From positions 1,952,001-2,016,000 of the forward strand of contig CAVRBU010000002.1 in the NCBI GenBank assembly GCA_963719315.1: a stretch of 64,000 nucleotides of DNA. The letters are read 5' to 3'. Made by a program: the position numbers and the translations under genes. Positions 41,422 through 54,964 of the stretch are shown here, one piece after another. This DNA comes from an uncultured Planctomycetota bacterium (GTDB lineage Bacteria; Planctomycetota; Planctomycetia; Pirellulales; Lacipirellulaceae). The notes beneath the pieces are model-generated. The model did not search any database and had not been told where the DNA came from. It saw nothing but the letters and a program-made list of their open reading frames with translations. Within the stretch, counting starts at the first letter, position 1, and each line of letters starts with the position of its first letter.

Positions 41422-44400
41422 ACGCCCTACCCCGCTAAGATTCACGGCGACGAGCGCCGGAATAGCAACCATTGTGGGCCGCCGCGGCAACTGCCGTGCC
41501 TTTGCTGCAATACTCATCAAGTGGATCACGCTGCCGAATTTCGCGCGTTGCGCCTCTGCAGACTGCGGCAAAGTGGAGTCTCCCATCGCTGCGCGCGGCA
41601 ATTCCTTGATATGGAGATCGCATTGCGGAAAGGCAATCTCGATGTTGTTTCGTCGGAACGAGTCGTCGATCGCCAGGTGCAGATCGTGTCGCAAACGTCG
41701 GTACATGGTCAAATCCGATACAAACAGCCGAAGTTCGAAATTGAGGCTGCTCTCGCCGAATTCGTGGAATACGACGACCGGCTCGGGTGACTCCAGGACT
41801 TGAGGGTTGTCGGCGGCGACTTTGTACAGCAACGCGGTCGCTAATCGCGTATCGCTGCCGTATGCGACTCCAACTTTAATGACCAACCGCAGATTCGGAT
41901 TGCTGAGCGTCCAGTTGACGAGGTTGCCGGTGACAAATTCCTTGTTGGGCACGATCAATTCTCGATTGTCCCAGTCGAGAATAGTCGTGGCCCGGATCCG
42001 AATCTTGGTAATCGTGCCGGTGATTTCTCCAATTGTCACCGTGTCGCCGACGCGGGCCGGCCGCTCGAACAGCAGGATCATGCCCGAAACGAAGTTGGCG
42101 AAGATTTCTTGCAGGCCAAATCCCAGCCCGACCGTCATGGCCGCGATCAGCCACTGTACGCTTTGCCAGCCGACGCCGAGTTGTCGCAGCCCGAGTGCAC
42201 CACCGCCGACCATGATCGCATAGCGGGTTACCGAACTGGCGGCGTAACGGGCACCTGGATCAAGCGGCAACTTTTGAAGGACGGCGATTTCCAACAGTCC
42301 TGGCAGGTTGCGTCCGGCGAACCATGTGAAAGCGAAGATAGTGATGGTCACAAATAGGTCGGTCAATGTGACGAATGCGGCGGTCCCGTCTGGGTTCGAC
42401 GGGGCGATCCCACTGGCCCACAACTGCACGCGGCTAAAAATGCTGAGCGCCGGCAGCATATCGCCCCATAAGAACCACAGCGTTGCGGCAAATGCCAAGC
42501 CGGCGCCGGCGCCGACGAGATTACGCGCTTGTTGATTGATGTCGCTGAGATTCACCTGTGGAAGCGTTTCAACGACTGGAATGTCCGGAGATGCGTTTTC
42601 TTGGGCTTCGATCTTGGCTTGCCTTCTCTCTCGCGCATGTAGCATCGCCACACGTCGATACGTCACCAATAACCACCGCATGAGTAGCGACCGCAACGCC
42701 AGGCACGCAAACACGAACACGCAGGAAACGAACACGCGACGTGTGAGCTGCATTGCGGCGTAGTGATAGCCGGCGGCGGAGGCCGCGATGAGTCCCAACA
42801 TGGCCAATGTGGCCACGGGCGAGAGAATGCTCGCCGCGCGAGCGCCCAGAGAACCGCCGGCTGCGGTCGCCAATGCCGCCGCTAAGGCCCCGCTCGGTCG
42901 GAACAGCCGGAAGCAGACTACTCCCGTCACAATCAAGGCGGTAATCAGCGAGAGCCGCCCCAGCGAATTGATACTCTCTTCGTCGCGGGAAATCTCGACT
43001 GCAACGGCCACCGCCAACAGGGGCAATGCCAGCAACTGGATCGACTTGGCAGCGCGGCGAATATCGGTCAGCGCCTCCTTATCCCAGGCAAAATGATGCG
43101 TCCCCAGGCCGCAGCGGCGCGAGGCGTGGCGGACCAGATTGAGCATCGCAAATGCCGCGGCGAAAAGCGTGAGGGCCCAACCCGCGGCGTTGGGCACGCC
43201 GCCATCGGCCTGACACAGCCGCCACCCGACGAAACCGAGGGGGATCGGCACGGTCAACGCTAACCAAATCGTCGCCAGCGAGGCTTCCACCGTGGGAAAA
43301 AATCGTGTCGCGGTTGGTTTTGCCGCAGAATCTCCGCTCGTTTTCAACAAGTCTTTTGCCCAGCCCAGGCCCGCAACCATGATCGCCACCAACAGCGCCG
43401 CGAGGCCCCACCAGGCAGGGCGGCTTCGTGCATCGGCGATCAGCGCCGCAGCCAGTTCTTTCGCCTGGGCCTTGCGGGACTCGAGGTCGGTCCAGAACGT
43501 GCGGGCATAGCGAAACTCCTCCAAGGATAATGTCGGTGCGCTGCGAACCCACAACACGTGCTCGGCGATGAAGGACTCTAATTGTTCGGTTGTGGAGACC
43601 AGCGCGGTGGCGGCTGCATCGAGTTGCTCGAGCCGGCTCACGCAATCATTGGCGTTACTGATCAGCTCGGCCAGGATGTTGGCTCGAGCTTCAAGAACTC
43701 GGCGCAGCTCCGCCGCGATGTCTTCGCGCGTCACAGCGGTTTCGTGTGGGTCGATTTGGCCGACGGTTGACTCCACGGCCTGATCGATGTGCAGCGCCTC
43801 GCGACGCAGCGATTCCCACTCATAGATGTTGAGTCCCAGTTGCGAGATTTCAATGGGCCGCGTTCGCAGCCGCTCGCGATAGGGACCCAAAGCTGGTAGT
43901 TGATCCTGTTGACTGCGGAGCATTACGCCAATCGCCGGAGCATTCTTTAATGCTTCGGCCCGCTTGACAACGTCCTCCAGTCGATTGCGCATGATCTGGC
44001 CCAGTTCACGAACTTCGCCCAGGTTGAGTTGGACTTGCTGTGTGCGGCTCACTAGCTCTTTGTTGCGTTCGGCGAGCTCGGCATTTTGAGCCGCTGCTTC
44101 CTTCACGGCCGGGTGCGCGTTGACGGCAACGCGGCGGGCCTCGCGGGCCTGTCGCTCGGCCTCATGTCGCTGCGCATCGGACGCCAAAACGTGGATCGCC
44201 TTGTGCGCGTCGATTGCGGTTTGCAATTGCTTTTCCGCCGCATCCCGGCGGGCGAGCCACAACCGGGATGTGGCCTCGTAGGTGCGCGTCTCCTGTTCGA
44301 GCGATTTCAATTGCGTTGCAAGGAAGTCGCGGCGGCAAGCCTGATAGAGGCGCTGCGCTTCGGCAAGCAGCGGGATTTCCTCCTTCACCGCGACCTTGAG

Positions 44401-45009
44401 CGTTTCGCCCGCCTTGTCGAGTTGCTCCCGGCACTTGGCAATTGCTTCGGGTAGCGCTTTGCGGCGCTCGGCCCGGCGTTGGATTTCAGCGGCGACTTTT
44501 TGCGCCGAATCGCGGGCTGTGTTAACGCGCTGGTCGGCGTCCGATAGGCGGGTCCGCAATTCGTCGGCGCTTAGCGCAACTGTGGGGAGTGGTTCGGGCT
44601 CCGCTTCGGGCGGTTTGCTTTGCAGATTCTGCTGGGCGACGCCGGCTTCATCGATTTCTTTCTGCAAGAGAGCTGTTGCAGCAGAAAGCTGCCTCGTTTC
44701 CTTGAGCCTCTCGATGGCCTTGTCGCAGAGGTCGATGATCTCCGCTCGCGTTGCGTCGGCTAGGGGGGCCGCCTCGGTCGCCTGCCGCCGCAGCTTCTCA
44801 ACCGCCTCGAGCGTGATTTCGGTGGGCGCGGGTGGCTGCGATTCCGGCGCGACGGATGCCGCGTTCGCTTGCTCCGTGACGACAGGCTCCTTAGCCGCTG
44901 CTACTTGCCCGTCCGCGGGCCTATGCAGCGCGAACGCGGCGAGACAGAAAATGATGGCGAGCAGGAGTCGAGGACTTTTCACGGCGTTCGCCTTCCAGCA
45001 GAATAGCAT
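41320..45009 (-). CDS. Large MscS-family mechanosensitive channel (MscK/KefA-like); 3' end uncertain because it overlaps the RidA gene
   Basis: Signal peptide, long periplasmic coiled coil, multiple TMs, 'GLGFGLQEIFANFVSG..LLFERP.RVGD', 'IVPNKEF', 'IEIAFPQ'. Confidence 0.9.
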   Translation of the reverse strand: MLFCWKANAVKSPRLLLAIIFCLAAFALHRPADGQVAAAKEPVVTEQANAASVAPESQPPAPTEITLEAVEKLRRQATEAAPLADATRAEIIDLCDKAIERLKETRQLSAATALLQKEIDEAGVAQQNLQSKPPEAEPEPLPTVALSADELRTRLSDADQRVNTARDSAQKVAAEIQRRAERRKALPEAIAKCREQLDKAGETLKVAVKEEIPLLAEAQRLYQACRRDFLATQLKSLEQETRTYEATSRLWLARRDAAEKQLQTAIDAHKAIHVLASDAQRHEAERQAREARRVAVNAHPAVKEAAAQNAELAERNKELVSRTQQVQLNLGEVRELGQIMRNRLEDVVKRAEALKNAPAIGVMLRSQQDQLPALGPYRERLRTRPIEISQLGLNIYEWESLRREALHIDQAVESTVGQIDPHETAVTREDIAAELRRVLEARANILAELISNANDCVSRLEQLDAAATALVSTTEQLESFIAEHVLWVRSAPTLSLEEFRYARTFWTDLESRKAQAKELAAALIADARSRPAWWGLAALLVAIMVAGLGWAKDLLKTSGDSAAKPTATRFFPTVEASLATIWLALTVPIPLGFVGWRLCQADGGVPNAAGWALTLFAAAFAMLNLVRHASRRCGLGTHHFAWDKEALTDIRRAAKSIQLLALPLLAVAVAVEISRDEESINSLGRLSLITALIVTGVVCFRLFRPSGALAAALATAAGGSLGARAASILSPVATLAMLGLIAASAAGYHYAAMQLTRRVFVSCVFVFACLALRSLLMRWLLVTYRRVAMLHARERRQAKIEAQENASPDIPVVETLPQVNLSDINQQARNLVGAGAGLAFAATLWFLWGDMLPALSIFSRVQLWASGIAPSNPDGTAAFVTLTDLFVTITIFAFTWFAGRNLPGLLEIAVLQKLPLDPGARYAASSVTRYAIMVGGGALGLRQLGVGWQSVQWLIAAMTVGLGFGLQEIFANFVSGMILLFERPARVGDTVTIGEITGTITKIRIRATTILDWDNRELIVPNKEFVTGNLVNWTLSNPNLRLVIKVGVAYGSDTRLATALLYKVAADNPQVLESPEPVVVFHEFGESSLNFELRLFVSDLTMYRRLRHDLHLAIDDSFRRNNIEIAFPQCDLHIKELPRAAMGDSTLPQSAEAQRAKFGSVIHLMSIAAKARQLPRRPTMVAIPALVAVNLSGVGRSGHDRIRFDFDERFAVDQSGDFDDCRRRPDFAE

Positions 45010-45201
45010 GCGTTACTGCCGGAACGTCCGACGAGGCGCGGTGCGGCAGCCATCACTTAGTTGCAGCAGGGGGGCAGGCGCGGAGAGTAGCAAACCGGCC
45101 GCATGTCCGTAAGTGCAGATGCCGGCGGACATTCCGCCGCTGGCAGGACCCGCCGCGATCGCCAATTTCTGGCGTCGTGCAGGCACAAGCAGGGAGCGTA
45201 G

Positions 45202-47448
<2,247 letters not shown>

Positions 47449-47497
47449 CGTCGTACCTATTGCGATCGGGCGAAGTGACTTCCGCGCCCTCACGGCT

Positions 47498-48757
47498 TCA
47501 CTCGACTGTCGTGTGTTCCTCGTTTTCGCGCGGCATTCGTCGTAGCATCGGCAGCGCGAGGAGCGACAACAGGCACATGGCGAGAAATCCCGGGCCGTAG
47601 CCCCAACCGGCGATCAAGCGCCCTAAAATGTAAACCGACCAGGATTCACAGCCATTGACGGCACCCATGAACGTGCTGAATTGAGTGGCGGCGATCGCCG
47701 GCTGCGTGAGATTCATATACATCGCGTAACTGGCGGCTGTGAACACACCGATTCCCACGCCGATCAACACCAGCAACACGAATAGCGGCAGGCTGCCCGT
47801 GCTGTCGGAAACAAAATCCAGTGATGCCAGTATCGCAATCAATCCGACGACGACCATGAGAGCAGTCCGCACAAATCGGAAGCAACCCACTCGGTCGGCC
47901 AGCCACCCGCCGAGCATGGAACCAATGACCAATGCTCCGATCATGGGTCCCGCGGTGAACATCCCAATCACTTGTTGCGAAACTCCTCGATCGACAAGGT
48001 ACACACCGTAAACGGCCTCGAACGACTTATAACCGGCCCCCGCCACCAGCGCGAAAGCCACGCCCCACCATGTAGATCGTTGAGTGAATGCGCAGCGATA
48101 CGTGCCGGCCAGCGACGCCAGCGAAGGCGGCTTCAAAGTGTGTCCAGTGGCGGGCAGCGTCGTTGCGAACAACACCGCCATGGAGAGCAGAATCACGGCG
48201 ATTAGCAGGGTGACGGCACCTTGGTGCCCCAGCACTTCGTACATCGCCAGAACCCCGCCTCCCATGGTGGCACGGCCGAGCAACACGCCGACTTGCATCC
48301 ATCCGTTGTACGAACCGCGCTCGGCCGGCGTGGTGGTCGCCATGCACAGCGCATCGATTGCCACGTCCTGAGTCGCAGCGGCGAATCCATGCAGCAGGAG
48401 CGCGGCCGCCAGCCAACCAAGATCCTCGACACCGTGAAACCACAACAACGGAAACAGCGTGAGCGCCATCAGCGACTGCGCTGCGTAGATCCAACACTGC
48501 AATGTCCACCGCGCGGATCGGAGCGTATCAATCAGCGGCGCCCAGAGAAACTTGAGCATCCAAGGTAAGATCAGCAGCGACGCCAGCCAGGTGACTTTCT
48601 CGACCGGAATCCCCGCCAATCGCAAACGCACCGGAATCGCGAGCCAGATGAAACCAATCGGCGCGCCTTCGCCGAAGTACAGCGCGGCAAAGAGAAGCTT
48701 TCGCGCCGAAACCGGCGACAAATGCTTTCGATCACGAGAAGCGGAGAGTTCGAACAT
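47498..48757 (-). CDS. MFS transporter, AmpG-like
   Basis: 'LYFGEGAP.GF', 'PWMLKFLWAPLID', 'ATQDVAIDA', 'ATQFSTF'. Confidence 0.85.
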   Translation of the reverse strand: MFELSASRDRKHLSPVSARKLLFAALYFGEGAPIGFIWLAIPVRLRLAGIPVEKVTWLASLLILPWMLKFLWAPLIDTLRSARWTLQCWIYAAQSLMALTLFPLLWFHGVEDLGWLAAALLLHGFAAATQDVAIDALCMATTTPAERGSYNGWMQVGVLLGRATMGGGVLAMYEVLGHQGAVTLLIAVILLSMAVLFATTLPATGHTLKPPSLASLAGTYRCAFTQRSTWWGVAFALVAGAGYKSFEAVYGVYLVDRGVSQQVIGMFTAGPMIGALVIGSMLGGWLADRVGCFRFVRTALMVVVGLIAILASLDFVSDSTGSLPLFVLLVLIGVGIGVFTAASYAMYMNLTQPAIAATQFSTFMGAVNGCESWSVYILGRLIAGWGYGPGFLAMCLLSLLALPMLRRMPRENEEHTTVE

Positions 48758-48835
48758 CGTAGAAATCGCGTCCCGTGCAGCGTGACGCAGGCGATCGGCC
48801 TTTCTGGCGTCGTCAAGATGCTGTAAAACTACGCT

Positions 48836-50398
48836 ATGGAAATGCTAGATTTAAAGGACTTCGAACGCCACACCGTCGTTCGCTCGCTTCGCATGGACGA
48901 TTACGACGAGTTGGTGGCGATGCACTTGCGTTGCTTTCCCGGCCTGCAGCCCTGGTCGCGACAACAGATTGAAAGCCAGTTGAAAATTTTTCCGGAAGGG
49001 CAAATCTGCGTCGAAATCGACGGGCAATTGGCAGCTTCCTCCAGTTGTTTGATTATCAAGTACGACCCGGAAGCTGCCTGGCACAACTGGCGGGTAGTAT
49101 CTGACAACGGCTTCATTCGCAACCACGATCCGCATGGGGACACGATCTACGGCATCGAGATCATGGTCAACCCCGAGTTCCGCGGCATGAAGCTCTCGCG
49201 ACGAATCTACGACGTCCGTAAGCAACTCTGTCGCGAACGAAATCTGGAACGCATGATCATCGGCGGCCGGATTCCAGGTTATCACAAATATGCCGACAAG
49301 TTATCCGCGCGAGAATACGTAGAACAAGTGATGGCCAAGGCGGTCTTCGACCCGGTGCTCACCGCCCAAGTGGCGAACGGCTTCGCGCTCAAAGGATTGA
49401 TTCCGAACTATGTCCCCGATGACGAACATTCGAGGGGATACGCAACGCACTTGGAGTGGCTGAATTTCGATTACCAACACGGAGCGAAACGACGATTCCA
49501 CCACGTGGTGGAGCCCGTGAGGCTGGCGATAGTTCAGTATCAGTTGCGAACGCTTAAGAGCTTCGATGAATTTGCCATGCATTGTGAATTCTTTATTGAC
49601 GCCGCTTCGACCGACTATCGCGCCGACTTCATCGTGTTTCCCGAGTTGTTCACGACCGAGCTATTGTCTTTCGTCGACACGACACGTCCGGGGCAAGCCG
49701 CGCGGCGGCTCGCTGAATTCACGCCCCAGTACCTGGATTTGTTTACCAATTTGGCGTTGAAGTTCAACATCAATATCGTGGGCGGCTCGCAATTCGTCAT
49801 TGAGGACGACGTCCTGTACAACGTTTCGTATCTGTTCCGGCGCGATGGCACGCTCGGCAAGCAATATAAACTGCATGTCACGCCGAGCGAACGACATTGG
49901 TGGGGCGTAAGCCCCGGCAATCGCGTCGAAGTATTCGATACCGATTGCGGCCTGGTTTCGATCTTGATCTGCTACGACGTCGAGTTTCCAGAATTGTGCC
50001 GCATTGCGGCGCAAAAGGGCGCGTCGATCATCTTTTGCCCATTCAACACCGACACGCGGCATGGCTATCTGAGAATCCGCAATTGCTCCATGGCGCGGTG
50101 CGTTGAAAACCACATCTACGTCGCAGTGTCGGGCTGCGTCGGGAACCTGCCGTTTGTTGAAAACGCCGACCTGCATTACGCTCAATCCGCTGTCTTTACG
50201 CCCGCCGATGCCGAATTTGCCCGCGACGCAATCGGCGCCGAATGCCAGGCGAACATCGAAACGATGATCATGCACGACGTTGACGTAGAGTTGCTACGGC
50301 GCCACAAGCAACACGGCGACACGCAGAACTGGAACGATCGCCGCAAAGACCTTTACAAAGTGGTCTATCAGGAAGACGACGAATCGAAAGAAGTCTGA
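48836..50398 (+). CDS. Bifunctional GNAT acetyltransferase / carbon-nitrogen hydrolase (nitrilase superfamily)
   Basis: GNAT '[17 protein letters not shown]'. Nitrilase triad Glu ('FPELF'), Lys ('QYKLH') and Cys ('ICYDVEFPE'). Confidence 0.92.
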   Translation: MEMLDLKDFERHTVVRSLRMDDYDELVAMHLRCFPGLQPWSRQQIESQLKIFPEGQICVEIDGQLAASSSCLIIKYDPEAAWHNWRVVSDNGFIRNHDPHGDTIYGIEIMVNPEFRGMKLSRRIYDVRKQLCRERNLERMIIGGRIPGYHKYADKLSAREYVEQVMAKAVFDPVLTAQVANGFALKGLIPNYVPDDEHSRGYATHLEWLNFDYQHGAKRRFHHVVEPVRLAIVQYQLRTLKSFDEFAMHCEFFIDAASTDYRADFIVFPELFTTELLSFVDTTRPGQAARRLAEFTPQYLDLFTNLALKFNINIVGGSQFVIEDDVLYNVSYLFRRDGTLGKQYKLHVTPSERHWWGVSPGNRVEVFDTDCGLVSILICYDVEFPELCRIAAQKGASIIFCPFNTDTRHGYLRIRNCSMARCVENHIYVAVSGCVGNLPFVENADLHYAQSAVFTPADAEFARDAIGAECQANIETMIMHDVDVELLRRHKQHGDTQNWNDRRKDLYKVVYQEDDESKEV

Positions 50399-50538
50399 GC
50401 GTTGCCGAGGGGTCGGTCTGCCTGACTGGCTCATCGGCAACTAATTCCGCTTGCCGTGCGCGTCGGTCGTCATCGCCTATTTCGTGCCGCCGAATGGTCT
50501 TAGGTGCGGGTGGTGTCCTTATTTGCGGCACAACAAGC

Positions 50539-50593
50539 TTGTAGCACGGACTTCAGTCCGTGATTCTCGTACGGACTGAAGTCCGTGCTACAA
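50539..50593. repeat. REP doublet (GTAG-type, near-perfect inverted pair)
   Basis: TTGTAGCACGGACTTCAGTCCGT-GATTCTCGT-ACGGACTGAAGTCCGTGCTACAA. Each arm is itself a hairpin. Confidence 0.88.
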
Positions 50594-50725
50594 AGTTCCG
50601 GTCCGCACGGTGCCAAATGAGGACACCAACCAGGTGCGCAATTCCTTGCTCTTGCCGGGTTTGGAGTTTAGAGTGGTAGATTGCTGCATACATCTTAAGA
50701 TTCACACCTTAGGCCGGACTACTCG

Positions 50726-52699
50726 ATGTCTAGAAGTGCTCCCCGTAAGCCAACGTGGCCCAAACTACTGGGCAGAAACGTCGGCCACCCGCTGTCTCCG
50801 CCGCGTCGCCGACTTGGCTTCGAAGAACTGGAAAATCGGCATTTGCTCACCACGATCACGGTCAACACCCTGATCGACGTCAACAATCCTAATGACGGCC
50901 TGACGACGCTCCGCGAAGCGGTGGCGGCGGCTGCCACGAACGATACGATCAACTTTTCAGTGACCGGGACCATAAACCTTTCCTCGTCCGGCGGTCAAAT
51001 CAATATCAACAAGAGCTTGACGATCCAAGGACCAGGCGCGAATTTGTTGACGATCAAGGCGTTCGATCCGGATGCGAGCGGCAAAAACGATAGCGATGGA
51101 AACCGAGTGTTTTATGTGAACGGCAGCGGCACGCTCAATGTGATCATAAGCGGATTGACGCTCACCAATGGCGACCCTGAAGCCACGAATGACAACAATG
51201 GCGGTGGGGCAATTCTCAATCTCGAAAACTTAACGCTGAACGCCTGCGTGATCACCGACAACTATTCTCCGAACGGCGGCGCAATTTATAGCCCGTCGGG
51301 GACGCTCGTCATCAACGACAGCTTGATTAGCGGGAATTCGGGTGGCGATGGCGCCGGCATACTGGTCGACGGTGGCAGCTTGTCGCTGAACAGAACCACC
51401 GTGGCGAATAACGAAGCCAAGAATTCCGGCGGCGGTATCCTGAATCGCGGCCGCCCCCTCACGATCGTGGATAGTACGATTTCCGGAAACTCGGCCGAGG
51501 AGCATGGCGGCGGCGTTTACCTGTATCAAGGTTCACTGGTCGCTAGCGGTAGCACGATTTCCGGAAACGTTGCCGACGAAGACAACGATGATACGGGTTC
51601 GGGCGGTGGAATCTATAACATGGGCGGCAGCTTGGCCATTACGAATTCGACCATCAGTGGGAACTCGGCTCGAGAAAACGGCGGCGGCGGAATCTTCAGC
51701 GATACGGGCCAAGCCGTTACGATCGCCCACAGCACGATTACCGCAAACTCGGTGAATGGCAGCGGCAGCGGCGGCGGCATTCGGAGCAACGACCCTGCCC
51801 AACTCAATCACACGATCGTGGCCGGCAATTTCCGTGGATCAGCGCGCGACGACGTGGCCGGATCGTTCGATGCCTCCTTCAGCCTGGTCGGCGATCGGCG
51901 CAGCGCCACGGTCAACAACATCAGCGGGAGTCTGATCGGTACCACAGGTTCGCCTATCAACCCACTACTCGGGGTCCTGGCAAACAATGGCGGTCCGACG
52001 ATGACGCACATATTGCTTAACGGCAGCCCGGCGATTGACTCGGGCAATGCGGCTGCGGTCGCAGGCATGAGCGGGATTCCACAATTTGATCAGCGCGGAA
52101 CGCCATTTTCGCGAGTCGTCGATTTCGATGGCGCAGGTGGTGTGCGCATCGATATTGGAGCAGTTGAAATGAGGCCGGGGCCTGCCTTGCCTGGGGACTA
52201 CAACCTGAACAACGTCGTCGATGCAGGGGATTACTTGATGTGGCGCAAGACCCAGGGCAGCAGCGTGCCACAATACAGCGGCGCGGATGGCGATGGAGAC
52301 TCAATGATCGGCAGCGGCGATTACATGGTGTGGCGGTCGCATTTTGGCCAGACTTTTCCAGGGGCCGCAACGGCAACCAGCGCGGATCAGACTTCAGCGA
52401 ACGTTGCCCAGTCGGCTTTGGGAGGCGCGAGTGTCGCCGCGGCGGCATTCGCTTCGTTGGCGAAGTCGAACGATAGTGAAACAGCAGCGAAGTTAGTATT
52501 GAAGCGCGGACCGGCCGCCTCGGAATCAGAATTGGCAATCGAATTGCTGCTGGCGACCGAGGGCAGTTACGCCCGGAACCTTGCTCTCACGGTCGGAGCT
52601 ATGCAGGATGGTGAAGGCATATCTTCCGAATGTAATTTCGCAGTCGACGCGGCGCTCGAGGGAGACGGCGAACTGGTCGCATTTGCGTTGGATTTGTAA
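50726..52699 (+). CDS. Secreted Pmp-like beta-helix / choice-of-anchor Q protein with a dockerin-like domain
   Basis: 'FEELENRHLL', 'TTLREAV', 'STISGNSA...GGGI' repeats, 'NNGGPTMTH...DQRG...DIGAVE', 'GDYNLNNVVDAGDY..WR'. Confidence 0.85.
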   Translation: MSRSAPRKPTWPKLLGRNVGHPLSPPRRRLGFEELENRHLLTTITVNTLIDVNNPNDGLTTLREAVAAAATNDTINFSVTGTINLSSSGGQININKSLTIQGPGANLLTIKAFDPDASGKNDSDGNRVFYVNGSGTLNVIISGLTLTNGDPEATNDNNGGGAILNLENLTLNACVITDNYSPNGGAIYSPSGTLVINDSLISGNSGGDGAGILVDGGSLSLNRTTVANNEAKNSGGGILNRGRPLTIVDSTISGNSAEEHGGGVYLYQGSLVASGSTISGNVADEDNDDTGSGGGIYNMGGSLAITNSTISGNSARENGGGGIFSDTGQAVTIAHSTITANSVNGSGSGGGIRSNDPAQLNHTIVAGNFRGSARDDVAGSFDASFSLVGDRRSATVNNISGSLIGTTGSPINPLLGVLANNGGPTMTHILLNGSPAIDSGNAAAVAGMSGIPQFDQRGTPFSRVVDFDGAGGVRIDIGAVEMRPGPALPGDYNLNNVVDAGDYLMWRKTQGSSVPQYSGADGDGDSMIGSGDYMVWRSHFGQTFPGAATATSADQTSANVAQSALGGASVAAAAFASLAKSNDSETAAKLVLKRGPAASESELAIELLLATEGSYARNLALTVGAMQDGEGISSECNFAVDAALEGDGELVAFALDL

Positions 52700-52769
52700 G
52701 AGGCCCAACAATCTGGCCGGGGACTATCCCCCTGCTCCAGCGCCATCGCCAGGCGCGCCGAAACAGGCG

Positions 52770-53201
52770 CTAACGGTCGTCTTCGCGATTCTCCTTGATG
52801 ATTTCATTCGTCAACTCTATGTCGATCTGATTGTCCTTGCCGGCAGCGACGAGCATTTTCTTGGGCACGATAAAACGCGAAAAATTGGGCACTCCCTTGG
52901 GCAGCTTTTCCTCCGAGTTGATGATCGTCGCCCAGTGTTCGCCGACCACGGCGCCGTCGTTCGCCTTGTGTGTGGTCAAACGGTAGGCTCCGTTCGGTTG
53001 GATGTGGCTCCAGGCCGGTTTGCCGGGGTTGGTGTTGTCGCCCTTCGCCACCGGCGCGAACATCACCTTTCCCTGAAATAGAGGTTTTCCATCGACGCTA
53101 ACGATCCCATGGACGGGCGCAAGATCGAGCGATTCGCGATTGCAGCCAGCGTTCAGAGCAATTGGGACGAGGCACCAAGCGTACAAGAACCCATAACGCA
53201 T
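52770..53201 (-). CDS. Small lipoprotein typically paired with DUF1559 genes
   Basis: Lipobox 'NAGC', 'PVHG.VSVDGKPL..G.VMF.P', 'DGAVVGEH'. Confidence 0.8.
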   Translation of the reverse strand: MRYGFLYAWCLVPIALNAGCNRESLDLAPVHGIVSVDGKPLFQGKVMFAPVAKGDNTNPGKPAWSHIQPNGAYRLTTHKANDGAVVGEHWATIINSEEKLPKGVPNFSRFIVPKKMLVAAGKDNQIDIELTNEIIKENREDDR

Positions 53202-53205
53202 TTGA

Positions 53206-54260
53206 TTACTCCAAATTGCGAATGACCTCATTGTCCATACGATCGCCCAGCAGCCAGAACGTGCGCAGTTCCATATTCTCGCTCAGAAAATGGACCGAGC
53301 CGTCGACAAACGCGAAGTACGCGCCGCCCGTGTGCCAACTAAATGCACAGTCGTCGGTTTCGTTCTTGTCGGGGAGCTGGTCGATTTGTTCGCTGGTCAG
53401 GGGAAAGCTTCGGGCGCCACCCATGTTGCAATTAATGGCGTCCTGCGTTTCGAACATGACGCTCCCGTCGTCTCCGAAGATACCGGCCCAAATCGGAAAG
53501 CTGGCCGCCCGCGCGAAATAAGCCGCCTCGCCGATGCAGATCGTTTTGCTGGTTCCATCGGTCACGTCTTTGATGCGAACCCGGGAATAGGCTTTTTTAG
53601 GCACCGAGTCGATAATGCCGTCGCCGTTGATATCGTATTTGCAATCGTATTCGGCAGCGCCTTCCTTGGGCGGCCAAAACATGCCGCGATCACAGTGGCC
53701 GCGGGAACCTTTGTAGTGCGCCGTGGCATAGCCGGTGCCGACTAGATCGGCCGATGATAAACCAAAAAACGAGCCACTCGGCAGATGAGAGGGCAAATCG
53801 ACCGAGGGGCATAGAAACATGCTGAGGATCGCGTCGCCGCCGGCGATCGGCGCAGGCCGGATGAATGCGCCACAGTAAAGATGCCTTTTTGGCCCGCCGG
53901 ATGATTTGTGATCCACGGGTTATTTTGATAGCCGGAAACGGTGTTGGCTTTCAGCTTGTCAAACAGCGGTTGCTCTTCGAGCTGCGGCAGGATTTGGGTT
54001 GCCCAACCCAGGCCGTCTTCTTCGGCCGGATGGTCTTCCTCGACGGCAGCGTAGGCGCCGAGCGGAAACTGGTTGCGAGCGTCGTGATAGGTCAACAGCG
54101 CCAGCGCGATCTGCTTAAGATTATTAGTGCACGCTGTGCGGTGCGCCGCTTCGCGGGCGGATTGGACCGCGGGAAGCAAAAGCGCCACCAGGATGCCGAT
54201 TATGGCGATGACGACGAGGAGTTCAACGAGTGTAAATCCGGTGGTTCTTTGCGAGCGCAT
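53206..54260 (-). CDS. DUF1559 prepilin-type protein, frameshifted at about 53852
   Basis: '[38 protein letters not shown]', 'FLCPS', 'DVTDGTSKT...GE', '[14 protein letters not shown]', spread over two frames. Confidence 0.92.
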
Positions 54261-54557
54261 GGTATCTCCCGTTAGCCAATTACAGCTACCATCCTACGAC
54301 ACAATAAAATTAAATCAACGCAGCCGGGCGATATTTCGGCCAAAAAAATGCGAAGTGTGCTCGTATCCGCGGATAGCTTCGACGAGCACGATGGGCCAGA
54401 TCGTTGTCTGCCAGAAAAAGAATGCTCGGCTAGAAATGCCTACTTCGGGTCGTCCAGGTTCAGGTTGAACAGGCAACCCCCGGGGCCGACCCATATTCAA
54501 CCCTTGCCACGCGACGAATCTAGCATGTATCCGGGCATCTTTATTACTCAAAGTGAA

Positions 54558-54960
54558 AACCGCCAAGGTCGGCAAGAACGCCAAGGAATACAGAGAGAAA
54601 TCAACTTGGCATGCAGTTTGACTGTCAGAGTCCGTTCCGGCAGTCTCTGGCGTTCTAATCGCAAAAAGGGATGGCTTGGCGTGCTTGGCGGTTCGTCTGT
54701 TCAGTTTGAGTTATTTTACCACGGCCACCCCGCGCACGAGTCGGCATGAATCGCGTTTGCATGTGAGAAAACAGAAGGAACGGAGAATTCAGCTTCCGAG
54801 AACTCCGTTTCCTCCTGTTAAAGCAAGCTTCGGCACGACGTATATTTAGATAGATTAGTCCGTCGCCAGTTCCCAGCCAATCACTTACAACTGAGAACTG
54901 ACGACTGACAACTATCCACGAAAGACGATCCACCAAATACGGACCACGGACAACGGACTA
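54558..54960. repeat. Cluster of several short repeat families
   Basis: AACCGCCAAG...CGCCAAG / CTTGGCG...CTTGGCGGTT pair, AACAGAAGGAACGGAG / CTCCGTTTCCTCCTGTT pair, and ACTGACA- and ACGGACA-type heptamers. Confidence 0.75.
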
Positions 54961-54964
54961 CACC

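Noticed and set aside
41320..41520. Real antisense overlap of the MscK C-terminus with the RidA gene
   Set aside because: Sequence after 'FPQCDLHIK' is non-conserved-looking, and the extension is probably due to an indel removing the true stop.
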